The position numbers were made by a program, and so were the translations under genes. The notes beneath the pieces are model-generated. The model made no database searches and had not been told where the DNA came from. It saw only the letters and a program-made list of their open reading frames with translations. Shown in pieces: positions 32,546 to 42,159 of a stretch of DNA of 64,000 bases (the first letter of the stretch is position 1; each line of letters starts with the position of its first letter). The stretch lies in NCBI GenBank assembly GCA_022616615.1, contig JAKEER010000513.1, forward strand, positions 59,300-123,299, read 5' to 3'. The DNA comes from Acidobacteriota bacterium. Its GTDB lineage: Bacteria; Acidobacteriota; Terriglobia; Versatilivoradales; Versatilivoraceae.

Positions 32546-33706
32546 ATGACAACAACAATCAGAGATGTTTGTGCCATCCCTTTGGAAAAGAATCTGGATA
32601 AAGTCTTCAAAGGTGGCACCTATGCCATCACATCTCGCTACACCCTTGTCACCGAAGTTCATTTAGACAATGGGATCGTTGGGCAAACCTTTGGAGGAGA
32701 CGAAGAAAGGTATCAGAAGGAAGTCGTCAATCTGGTGAATGAAACCTTTCGAAAACTGTTGTTGGGGAAAGATGCTCTGAGTGTTGAGTTGCTCTGGGAG
32801 GCGATGTTTCACTGTGTGGCTCCCGATCTGGTCAATCGCGGGATTCACACCTTGGACCTCACGAACAAAGCCATCATCATGCAGGCAATTGCTGGAGTCG
32901 ACATCGCTTTGTGGGACGCGATCGGCAAGACGCAAGGGCTGCCACTCTACAAGATGCTTGGAGGATATCGAGAAAAGGTTCCTGTGATTGCGATAGGAGG
33001 ATACTACTGGGAAGGCAAGGATGAGAAAGACTTTCAAGAAGAACTGCTGTCTTACAAGCGGGCTGGACTTTATGGTATGAAACTCAAAGTTGGGCGTCTG
33101 TCCCCGAAAGAGGACGCTGATCGGGTTCGTTTTGCAAGATCCGTGGCCGGTGACGACTTCATCATTGCTTGCGACGCCAACCAGGCTTGGACGGTCGATC
33201 AAGCGATTACTTTCTGCAAGCAAGTTGAGGATTTGAATATCCGATGGTTCGAAGAACCTGTGGTGTGGTACGACCAATTGCGGGGCCTGTCCGAGGTGCG
33301 GCGCGTCGGCAAAATTCCAATCGTAGCAGGACAAGGGGAGATCTCCCGGTTTGGTTGTCGTGATCTCATCATGGCCGACGCGGTAGACATTCTTAATGTT
33401 GATGCTACGATCGCGGGTGGAATCACGGAGTGGCGCCGGATTGCCGGAATGGCCAGTATGACCAATGTGTCGATGGCTCACCATGAAGAACCGCAGGTTG
33501 CAGTGCACTTGCTCTCTTCGATTCCGCATGGCTTATACGTAGAAATCTTTCCAGATCCCAATAGAGATCCAATGTGGTTTGAATTGCCTGACAAGCATCC
33601 GGAGATCAAGAATGGCTGTATGCATGCGCCCAGGCAGCCGGGCATTGGCATTCCGCTGCGTGAGGAAGTTATTGAAAGGTATCGAGCGAACGGAGTAAGG
33701 GTTTGA
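32546..33706 (+). CDS. Mandelate racemase/muconate lactonising enzyme family protein (enolase superfamily)
   Basis: AGVDIALWD..GK, KLKVG, DANQAW, WFEEP, GQGE, GGITEW, HHEE. Confidence 0.92.
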   Translation: MTTTIRDVCAIPLEKNLDKVFKGGTYAITSRYTLVTEVHLDNGIVGQTFGGDEERYQKEVVNLVNETFRKLLLGKDALSVELLWEAMFHCVAPDLVNRGIHTLDLTNKAIIMQAIAGVDIALWDAIGKTQGLPLYKMLGGYREKVPVIAIGGYYWEGKDEKDFQEELLSYKRAGLYGMKLKVGRLSPKEDADRVRFARSVAGDDFIIACDANQAWTVDQAITFCKQVEDLNIRWFEEPVVWYDQLRGLSEVRRVGKIPIVAGQGEISRFGCRDLIMADAVDILNVDATIAGGITEWRRIAGMASMTNVSMAHHEEPQVAVHLLSSIPHGLYVEIFPDPNRDPMWFELPDKHPEIKNGCMHAPRQPGIGIPLREEVIERYRANGVRV

Positions 33707-33929
33707 GCAGGTCAGGCAATCGTGAAATTGCTCTTGGTATGAAAAATGTCTCGAAGCGTTTTCGCGGCGCCAAGTCAGTGCGGCGCGATGCTCTTCTGGA
33801 TGATGACCACTGTGGTTGATGGTCCTCGTGTGGCAACCGGCCTCTGGAAGTCTCACTTCCCCAGATGTGGCACTCTTGATCGTGAACCGTCGCAAAATCT
33901 GAGAAGAGTCTGAAAAGGAGCAACCCGCG

Positions 33930-34409
33930 ATGGCGTTCGGAAGATACTTTGAAGATTTTGAAGTCGGCCAGGTCTTCAAGCACTGGCCAGGCCGCACGAT
34001 CACCGAAACCGACGATACGTGGTTCAGCCTGCTGACGATGAACCAACATCCGCTTCATATCGACGCCCACTATGCAAAGCAGACCCAACATGGCCAGAGG
34101 CTAGTTGTAGGTACGCTGGTGTTCAGCTTGGTTGTAGGGATGAGTGTTGCGGACGTCAGCGGACATGCCATTGCCAATCTAGAGTACCAAGAGATCAAGC
34201 ATCTTGGCCCCGTCTTTCATGGAGACACCCTCTACGCCGAAAGTCGAGTGTTGAGCAAGACTGAATCGAAGTCCAAGCCAGACCGAGGCGTCGTCACGGT
34301 CGAAACATTCGGTGTTAATCAGAAACAAGAGAAGGTTTTGAGTCTGAGACGGAAGGTGCTCGTGCCAAAACGTCCACTGGATGAATCGCCGCGACACCAC
34401 GATGGGTGA
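33930..34409 (+). CDS. MaoC-family (R)-specific acyl-CoA dehydratase/hydratase
   Basis: YFEDFEVG, GRTITETD, TMNQHPLHID, PVFHGDTLYAES. Confidence 0.92.
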   Translation: MAFGRYFEDFEVGQVFKHWPGRTITETDDTWFSLLTMNQHPLHIDAHYAKQTQHGQRLVVGTLVFSLVVGMSVADVSGHAIANLEYQEIKHLGPVFHGDTLYAESRVLSKTESKSKPDRGVVTVETFGVNQKQEKVLSLRRKVLVPKRPLDESPRHHDG

Positions 34410-34415
34410 GGTCGT

Positions 34416-35618
34416 ATGACAAAGTCCCAAGCCTTACCTCTCGAAGGAGTCAGGATTCTTGCGTTCTCTCAATTCGGCGCTGGACCCTTTGCAACCCTCA
34501 ATCTTGCAGATTTGGGAGCAGAGGTGATCAAGATTGAGGATCCGAGCACAGGTGGCGAAGTATCGCGGTTTGTCCCTCCTCATCGAATTGAGGGAGACAG
34601 CTTGTACTTTCAGTCGTGGAACCGCAACAAGTTCAGCATCACGCTGAATCTTCGTAAGTCGCAAGGGCGAAAGGTGTTCCACGATCTAGTCCGGGTGTCA
34701 GATGTGGTCTTTAACAACTTGCGAGGCGATCAGCCTGCGAGGCTCGGGTTAACCTATGCCAGTTTGAGCGAATTGAATCCAAAGATTGTTTGTTGCTCTT
34801 TGAATGGCTTCGGGTCCAGCGGTCCAAGGTCAACCGACCCCGGCTACGACTATCTGATGCAAGCGTACACAGGGTATATGAGCATCACTGGGGACCCGGG
34901 CAGTCCTCCAGCAGCTTGTGGTGTGTCTTTCATCGATCATGCTGCAGGCTTTGCTGCGGCGCTCGGAATGATGGCGGCACTGTATTCTGTCCAGCGAACT
35001 GGTTTAGGACGTGACGTCGAAGTCAGTCTGCTGGATACGGCTTATTCGATGTTGACGTATCTAGCCATTTGGAATCTTAACCGTGGTTTTGAGCCCAAGA
35101 GATATGCAGGTTCGTCTCACCAGACTCTGGTTCCGGTTCAGACCTTTCGCACTCAGGACGGATTTATCACAATCTTCTGTGGAAAGGAGAAGTTCTGGGA
35201 GGAACTATGTGAGGCATTTGAAGATCCGAGCCTGGCTCAAGACGCTCGGTTTGCCTCGTTTGAGCTGCGTTTCCAGAATCGTAATGACGTCGTTCTTGCT
35301 GTTCAGAATCACTTTTTGAAAAAACCAACAGCCGAATGGCTTCGCATTCTCACTGGCAAGGTCCCCTGTGCTCCCGTGCAAAGCCTGTCTGAGGCCCTCT
35401 CAGATCCGGAGTTGAAGGAGCGAGGCACTGTTCTAGAAGTTGAGCATCCAGTATTTGGAACGGTCCGGGAAGTCAATACGCCTGTCCGACTTCCTACCTC
35501 TGAGAAAACCCATCGGCGTGCGCCGACGCTGGGTGAAGATACTGAAAGAATCCTCAAGGACTACCTTCACTGTTCTGACAATGAGATCGCAACACTAAAG
35601 CTCGAGGGAGCCATCTGA
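34416..35618 (+). CDS. CaiB/BaiF family III CoA transferase
   Basis: PLEGVRIL, AGPFA..LADLGAEVIKIE, NRNKFSITLNL, PGYDYLMQA, APTLGEDT. Confidence 0.93.
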   Translation: MTKSQALPLEGVRILAFSQFGAGPFATLNLADLGAEVIKIEDPSTGGEVSRFVPPHRIEGDSLYFQSWNRNKFSITLNLRKSQGRKVFHDLVRVSDVVFNNLRGDQPARLGLTYASLSELNPKIVCCSLNGFGSSGPRSTDPGYDYLMQAYTGYMSITGDPGSPPAACGVSFIDHAAGFAAALGMMAALYSVQRTGLGRDVEVSLLDTAYSMLTYLAIWNLNRGFEPKRYAGSSHQTLVPVQTFRTQDGFITIFCGKEKFWEELCEAFEDPSLAQDARFASFELRFQNRNDVVLAVQNHFLKKPTAEWLRILTGKVPCAPVQSLSEALSDPELKERGTVLEVEHPVFGTVREVNTPVRLPTSEKTHRRAPTLGEDTERILKDYLHCSDNEIATLKLEGAI

Positions 35619-35720
35619 GATGGCTGAGTTGCCGTTTTGCTGCGCAACGCCTGAGCGTAGAGTGGAGGAGTGCTACGGCGTCTCAGTCCAGTTGTTTGCT
35701 TCCCAGTCAGGAGGATCGTG

Positions 35721-36692
35721 ATGCCCACGATGACAATGAGTCAGGCTATTAATGAAGCCATCCGGGAGGAGATGCGCCTACAGGCCGAGCTCATTCTCCT
35801 GGGACAGGATATTGGAGCCTACGGAGGAACGTTCGGGGTCTACAAAGGGTTGTACGACGAATTCGGGCCAGAGCGAGTGCGAGACGGTCCGCTGTGCGAA
35901 TCGGCCACTGTAGGTTTCGGGATTGGCCTGGCAATAAGTGGTATGCGTTGTATCGTTGAACTCGAGTTTATGGATTTCACAACAGTTGCCATGGACCAGA
36001 TTGTAAACCAGGCGGCAAAGCTGCACTACTTCTTAGGCGGCCAAGTTACGGTACCTTTGGTGATTCGGACCCCCATTGTGAGCCGCATGGGCATGGGGCC
36101 GCAGCATTCGCAGAGTCTCGAAGCCTGGTTCATGCACGTGCCCGGTCTCAAGATCGCCATTCCATCAACCGCTCATGATGCCAAGGGCCTGATGAAAACA
36201 GCGCTGCGGGATCAAAATCCTGTGCTCTTCATCGAAAACGTGAAGCTCTACTCCACCAAGGATGAACTTCCCGAAGGAGAACACTTGATTCCGTTTGGCC
36301 AGGCTCGAATTCTGAGGGCGGGAAGGGATGTCACTTTGGTGGCGATCTCTGGAACAGTCCCCGACGCGCTGGCTGCGGCTTCGGAGTTAGACTCCCAAGG
36401 AATATCCGTAGAAGTTGTTGATCCGCGAACCTTGAATCCATTTGACACAAAATCGCTAGCAGACTCCCTGCGGAAAACCGGCCGCATGGTCATTGCTCAC
36501 GATGCATACCGGACGTGCGGTATTGCGGCGGAGATTTCACAACGAATGATGGAGGAAGCCTTCGACTATCTAAACGCACCGATTGTTCGAGTGACAGGGT
36601 TGGACGTACCGATTCCTTCAGGGCCGCTGCATCTTAGCGTCGTTCCAGACAAGAGCAGAATTATCAAAGCCATTCAGAACATGATGAGGTAA
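35721..36692 (+). CDS. 2-oxoacid/acetoin dehydrogenase E1 beta subunit
   Basis: GQDIGAYGGTF, EFGPERVRD, QHSQSLEAWFMHVPGLK, EVVDPRTL. Confidence 0.93.
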   Translation: MPTMTMSQAINEAIREEMRLQAELILLGQDIGAYGGTFGVYKGLYDEFGPERVRDGPLCESATVGFGIGLAISGMRCIVELEFMDFTTVAMDQIVNQAAKLHYFLGGQVTVPLVIRTPIVSRMGMGPQHSQSLEAWFMHVPGLKIAIPSTAHDAKGLMKTALRDQNPVLFIENVKLYSTKDELPEGEHLIPFGQARILRAGRDVTLVAISGTVPDALAAASELDSQGISVEVVDPRTLNPFDTKSLADSLRKTGRMVIAHDAYRTCGIAAEISQRMMEEAFDYLNAPIVRVTGLDVPIPSGPLHLSVVPDKSRIIKAIQNMMR

Positions 36693-36698
36693 GCCAGA

Positions 36699-36968
36699 AT
36701 GACCGCAGATCTTTCCGTCGACCAACTCCTAGTATTACTCTGTTAAGTCCCTGATCGCGTGGCGCATACATCGCGCTTTAGCGACATAAGCCGCATGGGC
36801 AAGATGCCCATGCCACGTGGCACGGGCGTCCCGCCCGTGAAGATTGGCTTCACGACTTAACAAAGTAATACCAGTGCGCTATCATCTCATGGTCATGATT
36901 CGCGCGTTCGAAGAGAGTGCCATTGATCTCTTTGCAAAGGGGCTGATCACGGGGTCCACCCATCCCTC
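36699..36968 (+). pseudogene. Truncated E1-alpha 5' fragment
   Basis: MTADLSVDQLL-[MITE]-RYHLMVMIRAFEESAIDLFAKGLITGSTHPS, a near copy of the start of 42361..43323. Confidence 0.9.
36732..36871. mobile_element. MITE (18-bp TIRs) carrying an internal REP doublet
   Basis: TIRs GTATTACTCTGTTAAGTC / GACTTAACAAAGTAATAC (1 mismatch). The empty site CTAG is visible in the paralogous copy at 42391-42394. REP pair at 36794-36839. Confidence 0.88.
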
Positions 36969-37022
36969 TTGTTCCAGCGGGTTGGAAGACAAAACTAATA
37001 ATCATTAAAAGGAGGACTTGTT

Positions 37023-37418
37023 ATGGTTACACTCGATGATGCGCGAAGGGTAATTGCCGCTTCCGAAAAGAAGGCAGTGGAAATTAGTCAACCTATGAAC
37101 ATAGCGGTGGCGGACGCTGGGGGGAATCTGGTCGCTCACGTGCGTATGGACGGCGCCTGGCTGGGCAGCATCGACATTTCCATTAAGAAGGCTTTTACCT
37201 CCCGGGCCTTCGATATCACTACCAAGGACCTGGCAACGCATAGCCAATCCGGCGGGCAATTTTTTGGGATTCATGCGTCCAACGATGGCCGGATCATGAT
37301 CTTTGCCGGTGGCATTCCCCTCAAGCGAGGCGGCAAGGTAGTGGGCGCCATCGGCGTGAGTGGCGGTTCGGGCGAACAAGACCATGCCGTGGCAGAGGCT
37401 GGGGCTGCAGCCTTCTAA
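37023..37418 (+). CDS. GlcG/HbpS-family heme-binding protein
   Basis: NIAVADAGGNL, RMDGA, KKAFTS, FAGGIPL, GAIGVSGG. RBS AGGAGG. Confidence 0.92.
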   Translation: MVTLDDARRVIAASEKKAVEISQPMNIAVADAGGNLVAHVRMDGAWLGSIDISIKKAFTSRAFDITTKDLATHSQSGGQFFGIHASNDGRIMIFAGGIPLKRGGKVVGAIGVSGGSGEQDHAVAEAGAAAF

Positions 37419-37458
37419 GCGGGAGTGATTTTCATCGCGCACGGCTCCCAGAAAGCCA

Positions 37459-37577
37459 TAGTAGTAAGCTGCGGAGGTTCGTGCTGTAGCTGGCCACGGT
37501 GAGGTCGGCCGGGGTCAACGACCGGTCAATGTCCCCGGCTACAACAAATGTTCGTGAACTTATGCAACTTAGTACTA
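37459..37577. mobile_element. Second, degenerate MITE-like element with internal REP doublet
   Basis: Imperfect TIRs TAGTAGTAAGCTGCGGAGGTTC and (revcomp) TAGTACTAAGTTGCATAAGTTC enclose TGTAGC...GCTACA REP-type hairpins at 37485-37543. Confidence 0.6.
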
Positions 37578-37830
37578 GCTGGTTGCTTTCTTGACGGGCA
37601 CTATCCAGTCCTTGCTTCAGACCCTGCGCATCCCAGCCCGCTGGTGGCAGTCGCCTTCCTCGCCGAGTTTCTCGGCGGGATCGCCGCCCCGGCGAGAGAT
37701 TCAAGAAATCAATTAGGAAAACCGCAACATTTGTGGGTCAACTGTAAACTCCTTTGATGGTCGCCTTCGGCCATCCCACTCACCATGCCATCGGGCCTAG
37801 GCGGTGGTGTCTGACTTTTCATGGAGGAAT

Positions 37831-39570
37831 ATGATAATGAGATTGATCACACTAATCCTGGTAGCACCGTTTGGGCTGCCGTCTTTAGTTCATGCAGACA
37901 GCGAGCTTCTCCGGCTCCAACAAGATGATAAACAGTGGGTGATGCCAGCGAAGAATTACGCAGGCACCCGCTACAGCTCACTGGATCAGATTACCACCGC
38001 AAACGTCAAGAATCTCAGGCCTGCCTGGACGTTCTCTACCGGGGTCTTGCGAGGTCATGAGGGTGCGCCTCTGGTGGTGGGCAGTACGATGTACGTCCAT
38101 ACCCCCTTCCCCAACACCGTGTATGCCCTTGACCTGGTGCGGGAGGGGGCTCCCATCAAGTGGAAATATGCTCCCAAGCAGGATCCAGAGGTAGTCCCGA
38201 TCGCATGCTGCGATACGGTCAACCGGGGGCTTGCCTATGCCGAGGGCAAGCTCTTTCTTGCCCAGCTGGACACACATCTGGTTGCTCTGGACGCCGCAAC
38301 GGGCAAGGAACTCTGGAAAGTTAAGCAGGGAGACCATAAGAACGGTCAGACTATCACCAGCGCTCCCCTGGTCATCAAGAACAAAGTGATTACCGGGATC
38401 AGCGGCGGTGAGTTCGGTGTCCGCGGGTTTTTGACGGCCAATGATATCAATACTGGCAAACAGATCTGGCGGATGTACAGCACAGGCCCTGAGGAAGAAG
38501 TCGGCTTTCCGGGATCCGTGGAGACATGGAAGGGCGAGGAATGGAAAAGAGGGGGCGGCACTACCTGGGGGTGGTACTCCTACGATCCCGCACTCGATCT
38601 TCTTTATTACGGCACTGGGAATCCTGGAAGCTGGAATCCCGATCAGCGGCCTGGCGATAACAAGTGGTCGATGACTATCTTTGCGCGGAATCCTGACACG
38701 GGAAAGGCGAAATGGGCCTACCAGAAAACCCCGCACGATGCTTGGGACTACGACGGGATCAATGAGAATGTCCTTGTCGATGTCAACATCCAAGGGAAAG
38801 TGAGAAAGGCCCTCGTTAACTTCGACCGCAATGGATTTGCCTATACGCTGGATCGCGAAACGGGTGAACTGCTCGGGGCCGAGCCCTTCGTACATGTCAC
38901 CTGGGCGAAGGGAATAGATATGAGAACGGGGAGGCCCATTGAAGTTCCGGAGAAGAGAACTTCCTCGACGAGGAACACCAAGAACATCTGTCCCTCCGCC
39001 ATGGGGGGAAAGAACCAGCAGCCTGTCGCATACTCCCCCAGAACCGGCCTCTTCTACGTACCCACCAACAACCTTTGCATGGACTATGAGGGAGTTGAAG
39101 TCAAATACCAGGCGGGTCAGCCGTTCGTTGGCGCGATCGTGGTGAGTTCTGCGGGGCCTGGTGGACACAGGGGTGAGTTCATTGCCTGGGATGCGAGCAC
39201 TAATAAGAAGATGTGGGGCATCAAGGAGGATTTGGCTGCCTGGGGAGGCGCACTCGCCACGGCCGGCGACGTCGTCTTCTACGGAACCATGGAAGGATGG
39301 CTGAAGGCGGTCGATGCCAAAAGCGGCGATGTCCTGTGGAAGTTTAAGACCCCTTCCGGCATCATCGGCAATCCGATGACCTATGTGGGCCCTGACGGCA
39401 AGCAATATGTCGCCATTCTCTCTGGTATCGGTGGATGGTCAGGCATCGGAATTGCCGGCGGAATTGGTCCAGAGGATCCTACGGCTGGGCTAGGAGCGAT
39501 CGGCGCTTTTAGTGACGTAGACAAATACAGTACCCTGGGTGGCGTATTGACAGTGTTCTCGCTCCCATGA
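37831..39570 (+). CDS. xoxF: Lanthanide-dependent PQQ methanol dehydrogenase XoxF
   Basis: Signal peptide, [11 protein letters not shown], vicinal [23 protein letters not shown], and WDYDGINE with the extra lanthanide-binding Asp (D-x-D). RBS GGAGG. Confidence 0.95.
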   Translation: MIMRLITLILVAPFGLPSLVHADSELLRLQQDDKQWVMPAKNYAGTRYSSLDQITTANVKNLRPAWTFSTGVLRGHEGAPLVVGSTMYVHTPFPNTVYALDLVREGAPIKWKYAPKQDPEVVPIACCDTVNRGLAYAEGKLFLAQLDTHLVALDAATGKELWKVKQGDHKNGQTITSAPLVIKNKVITGISGGEFGVRGFLTANDINTGKQIWRMYSTGPEEEVGFPGSVETWKGEEWKRGGGTTWGWYSYDPALDLLYYGTGNPGSWNPDQRPGDNKWSMTIFARNPDTGKAKWAYQKTPHDAWDYDGINENVLVDVNIQGKVRKALVNFDRNGFAYTLDRETGELLGAEPFVHVTWAKGIDMRTGRPIEVPEKRTSSTRNTKNICPSAMGGKNQQPVAYSPRTGLFYVPTNNLCMDYEGVEVKYQAGQPFVGAIVVSSAGPGGHRGEFIAWDASTNKKMWGIKEDLAAWGGALATAGDVVFYGTMEGWLKAVDAKSGDVLWKFKTPSGIIGNPMTYVGPDGKQYVAILSGIGGWSGIGIAGGIGPEDPTAGLGAIGAFSDVDKYSTLGGVLTVFSLP

Positions 39571-39692
39571 AGCGTGAGAGGGGAAAGATGCACGAAGAAA
39601 AAACCCTTGGATCCTGAAACTCAAAAAGTTCCTGACCTATCCTAATTCAATTTTCAGGTATCACGTTTCACGCATCACGTCTGGTTAGACTT

Positions 39693-40529
39693 ATGACCCA
39701 AAGACGACATGTGTGGATGCATGGATCGTTCCTTTTGGTGATTGGTATTCTCTGGACCGGCCGTGCCTGGGGAGAGGAGATGAAACAGTTTCGGGTGTGC
39801 GCCGATCCTGACAATCTCCCTTTTACCAACCGGCAGCTGGAAGGGTTTGAAAACAAACTCGCCGATCTGGTTGCCAAGGAAATGGAAACCTCTCCTTTCT
39901 ATATCTGGTGGGGGCAACGGATTGGCTTCATCAGGAACACCATGAAGGCAACCCTGAAGGAAGCCCGATGTGACGTCGTGATGGGCGTTCCCAAAGGATA
40001 CGATCTGGTTCGCTGGACCAAACCCTATTACCGCTCTTCCTATGTTTTTGTATATCGCAAAGACAAAGATCTTCAGGTCAAATCCCTGGATGATCCGATT
40101 CTCAGACGGCTCAAGATCGGCGTGCATTTGCTGGGCAACGACTATAGCAATCCGCCTGCCGTCCACGAGTTGGGGAGAAGGGGAATTGTGGATAATGTGG
40201 TCGGGTACAGCACCTTTTACTCCCAAGAGAATCCCCCCAGCAGGATCATCGAAGCTGTCGCCAATGGTGAGATTGAAGTGGCAATTGTCTGGGGACCGGT
40301 AGCGGGCTATTTTGTAAAGAAACAGAGTCTTCCGTTGGCGCTGGTGCCTGTCCCGTCGAGCGCAGGCGATCTGCCTCTTGGCTTCGATATCTGCATGGGG
40401 GTTAGACAGGGCGAAGAGAACTTGAAGACCCAATTAGAAGGGATACTCGACAGAAAGCAAGCTGAAATCAGAATGATCCTCGAGGACTATGGAGTGCCCC
40501 TTGTGGATGGCGAGAAGGATGCTCCGTGA
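39693..40529 (+). CDS. xoxJ: XoxJ/MxaJ-type periplasmic substrate-binding-fold protein
   Basis: RVCADPDNLPF, GFENKLADL, GFIRNT, CDVVMGVP, TKPYYRSSYVFV, WGPVAGY. Adjacent to xoxF. Confidence 0.9.
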   Translation: MTQRRHVWMHGSFLLVIGILWTGRAWGEEMKQFRVCADPDNLPFTNRQLEGFENKLADLVAKEMETSPFYIWWGQRIGFIRNTMKATLKEARCDVVMGVPKGYDLVRWTKPYYRSSYVFVYRKDKDLQVKSLDDPILRRLKIGVHLLGNDYSNPPAVHELGRRGIVDNVVGYSTFYSQENPPSRIIEAVANGEIEVAIVWGPVAGYFVKKQSLPLALVPVPSSAGDLPLGFDICMGVRQGEENLKTQLEGILDRKQAEIRMILEDYGVPLVDGEKDAP

Positions 40530-42052
40530 TGAGTAAGCCTGTCGGTTGTCGAGATCTCAAAAAACGGCGCCTAAGAGGAGGAGTGGGGGGAGTGGGGGTT
40601 GTCCTTGTGGCCTTTTTCTGGATACTCGGAGCCGTTGCTAACTTTCAGGGCTCTGGGGAAACCGCAGCTCAGGACTCTTCAGAGGTTTATAAACGCGTCT
40701 ACAATGGCTGGAAATGGTGGCATGTGTACTGTTACAGATGTCACGGAGCTGATGCGCTTGGCAGCACTTTGGCGCCCAACTTGAGTGATCCTTCCAGGAA
40801 AATAACCTCCCAGGAGTTTCTCTATACTACTCGAAACGGGGCACCTCAGAAAGGGATGCCAGCCTGGAATCAATTGCTCGATGATAACCAAATCACAGAC
40901 CTCTACACGTATGTCAGGGCAAGGACTGAGAGAGTGTTGCCTCCCGGGCGACCGGATGAGGTAGGCGCCAACGGTGGTCCATGGATCCCGCCAGAGGGTT
41001 GGCCCACAGCGCTCAGTCTTGCCGCCGTCCCGATCTCTCCTGAGAAAGCTCTGAAGACTACGGCCGTGCCGGCCTCTCCCGCGAAACCTTTGGAAGCGAT
41101 GTCAGCTCCGCGGGTATATGTGACCAATGAGGCCTCGGGCGACGTGACTGTAATTGATTCGGCTACCGACCGTGTGCTCACTACAATTCCTGTGGGGAAG
41201 CGCCCCAGAGGGATCCAGGTAAGCCCGGACGGAAAGAGTGTGTATGTTGCCTTGAGCGGCTCGCCCTTTGCCGGTCCAGACGTAAGGAAGGAAACCCTTG
41301 TCCCCGCGAACAAAAAAGCGGACGGGATAGGCGTCATTGACCCCATTAAAAACAAACTCATCGGAATTCTATCCGGAGGATCTGATCCAGAGCAATTTGT
41401 CGTCAGTCGTGACGGAACCAGGCTGTACGTTGCCAACGAAGACGCATCATCGGCTAGTGTGGTCGATGTGGCGAGTGGCAAAGTGGTTCGAGCCATTCCT
41501 GTGGGGAAAGAACCTGAAGGTGTCGCCTTGAGCCCCGACGGGAAGATCGTCTATGTGACGGCCGAGAACAGCCAAAGTGTATCTGTCATTGAGACCGAAA
41601 CGAACAAAGTTAGGGCGACCTTCAAGGTAGGGCCCGGACCTCGGGCGGCGGCTTTTGCGCCGGATGGCTCCCGCGCCTACGTCACATCCGAGATGGGCGC
41701 GACTGTTTCCGTTGTCGACACGGCTCAACATCGAGTGACTCACACCGTCAAACTGGAGGGTAACAACGTGAGACCGATGGGCGTTGCTGTTGCGCCCGAT
41801 GGAAAGAGAGTTTATGTCACGACTGGTCACAGTGGCAAAGTCTTAGTTATCGACACTTCCACCCATCGTGTCGTGGCTTCCTTTGAAGTCGGCAAACGCC
41901 CGTGGGGAATTGCCATCACACCGGACGGAAAAAGAATTTATACCGCCAACGGGCTATCGGATGATGTGTCTGTGGTTGATGCTGTAACGCATAGGGTGAT
42001 CGCCCGAATTAAGGTCGGAGAGCGACCGTGGGGCGTCGCGATTGCCCCATAA
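40526..42052 (+). CDS. XoxG-like cytochrome c fused to a YVTN beta-propeller
   Basis: N-terminal TM, YNGWKWWHVYCYRCHG heme motif, GMPAW axial Met, Pro/Ala linker, then seven YVTN-type blades (RVYVTNE, SPDGK..YV). Confidence 0.85.
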   Translation: MMSKPVGCRDLKKRRLRGGVGGVGVVLVAFFWILGAVANFQGSGETAAQDSSEVYKRVYNGWKWWHVYCYRCHGADALGSTLAPNLSDPSRKITSQEFLYTTRNGAPQKGMPAWNQLLDDNQITDLYTYVRARTERVLPPGRPDEVGANGGPWIPPEGWPTALSLAAVPISPEKALKTTAVPASPAKPLEAMSAPRVYVTNEASGDVTVIDSATDRVLTTIPVGKRPRGIQVSPDGKSVYVALSGSPFAGPDVRKETLVPANKKADGIGVIDPIKNKLIGILSGGSDPEQFVVSRDGTRLYVANEDASSASVVDVASGKVVRAIPVGKEPEGVALSPDGKIVYVTAENSQSVSVIETETNKVRATFKVGPGPRAAAFAPDGSRAYVTSEMGATVSVVDTAQHRVTHTVKLEGNNVRPMGVAVAPDGKRVYVTTGHSGKVLVIDTSTHRVVASFEVGKRPWGIAITPDGKRIYTANGLSDDVSVVDAVTHRVIARIKVGERPWGVAIAP

Positions 42053-42159
42053 GGGTATTGGAGCTTTAACAATAGAATTGATTCGTGTTTGCTCAGATAA
42101 TGTTTCGCTGTGGCTAGAAACCCTTATGGACAGAGGCTTAACAACGATTCAACCCACCA

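Larger units (their letters stand above)
36498..36968 (+). repeat. Left copy of 329-bp direct repeat (E1-beta 3' end plus E1-alpha 5' start), interrupted by a MITE
   Basis: Aligns with 42160-42488 once the 142-bp insertion is removed. Confidence 0.92.

Noticed and set aside
37978-39405. 475-aa antisense ORF over xoxF, and similar ones at 23533-24777, 16233-17366 and 57075-58007
   Set aside because: Shadow ORFs of GC-rich coding strands with no recognisable motifs.
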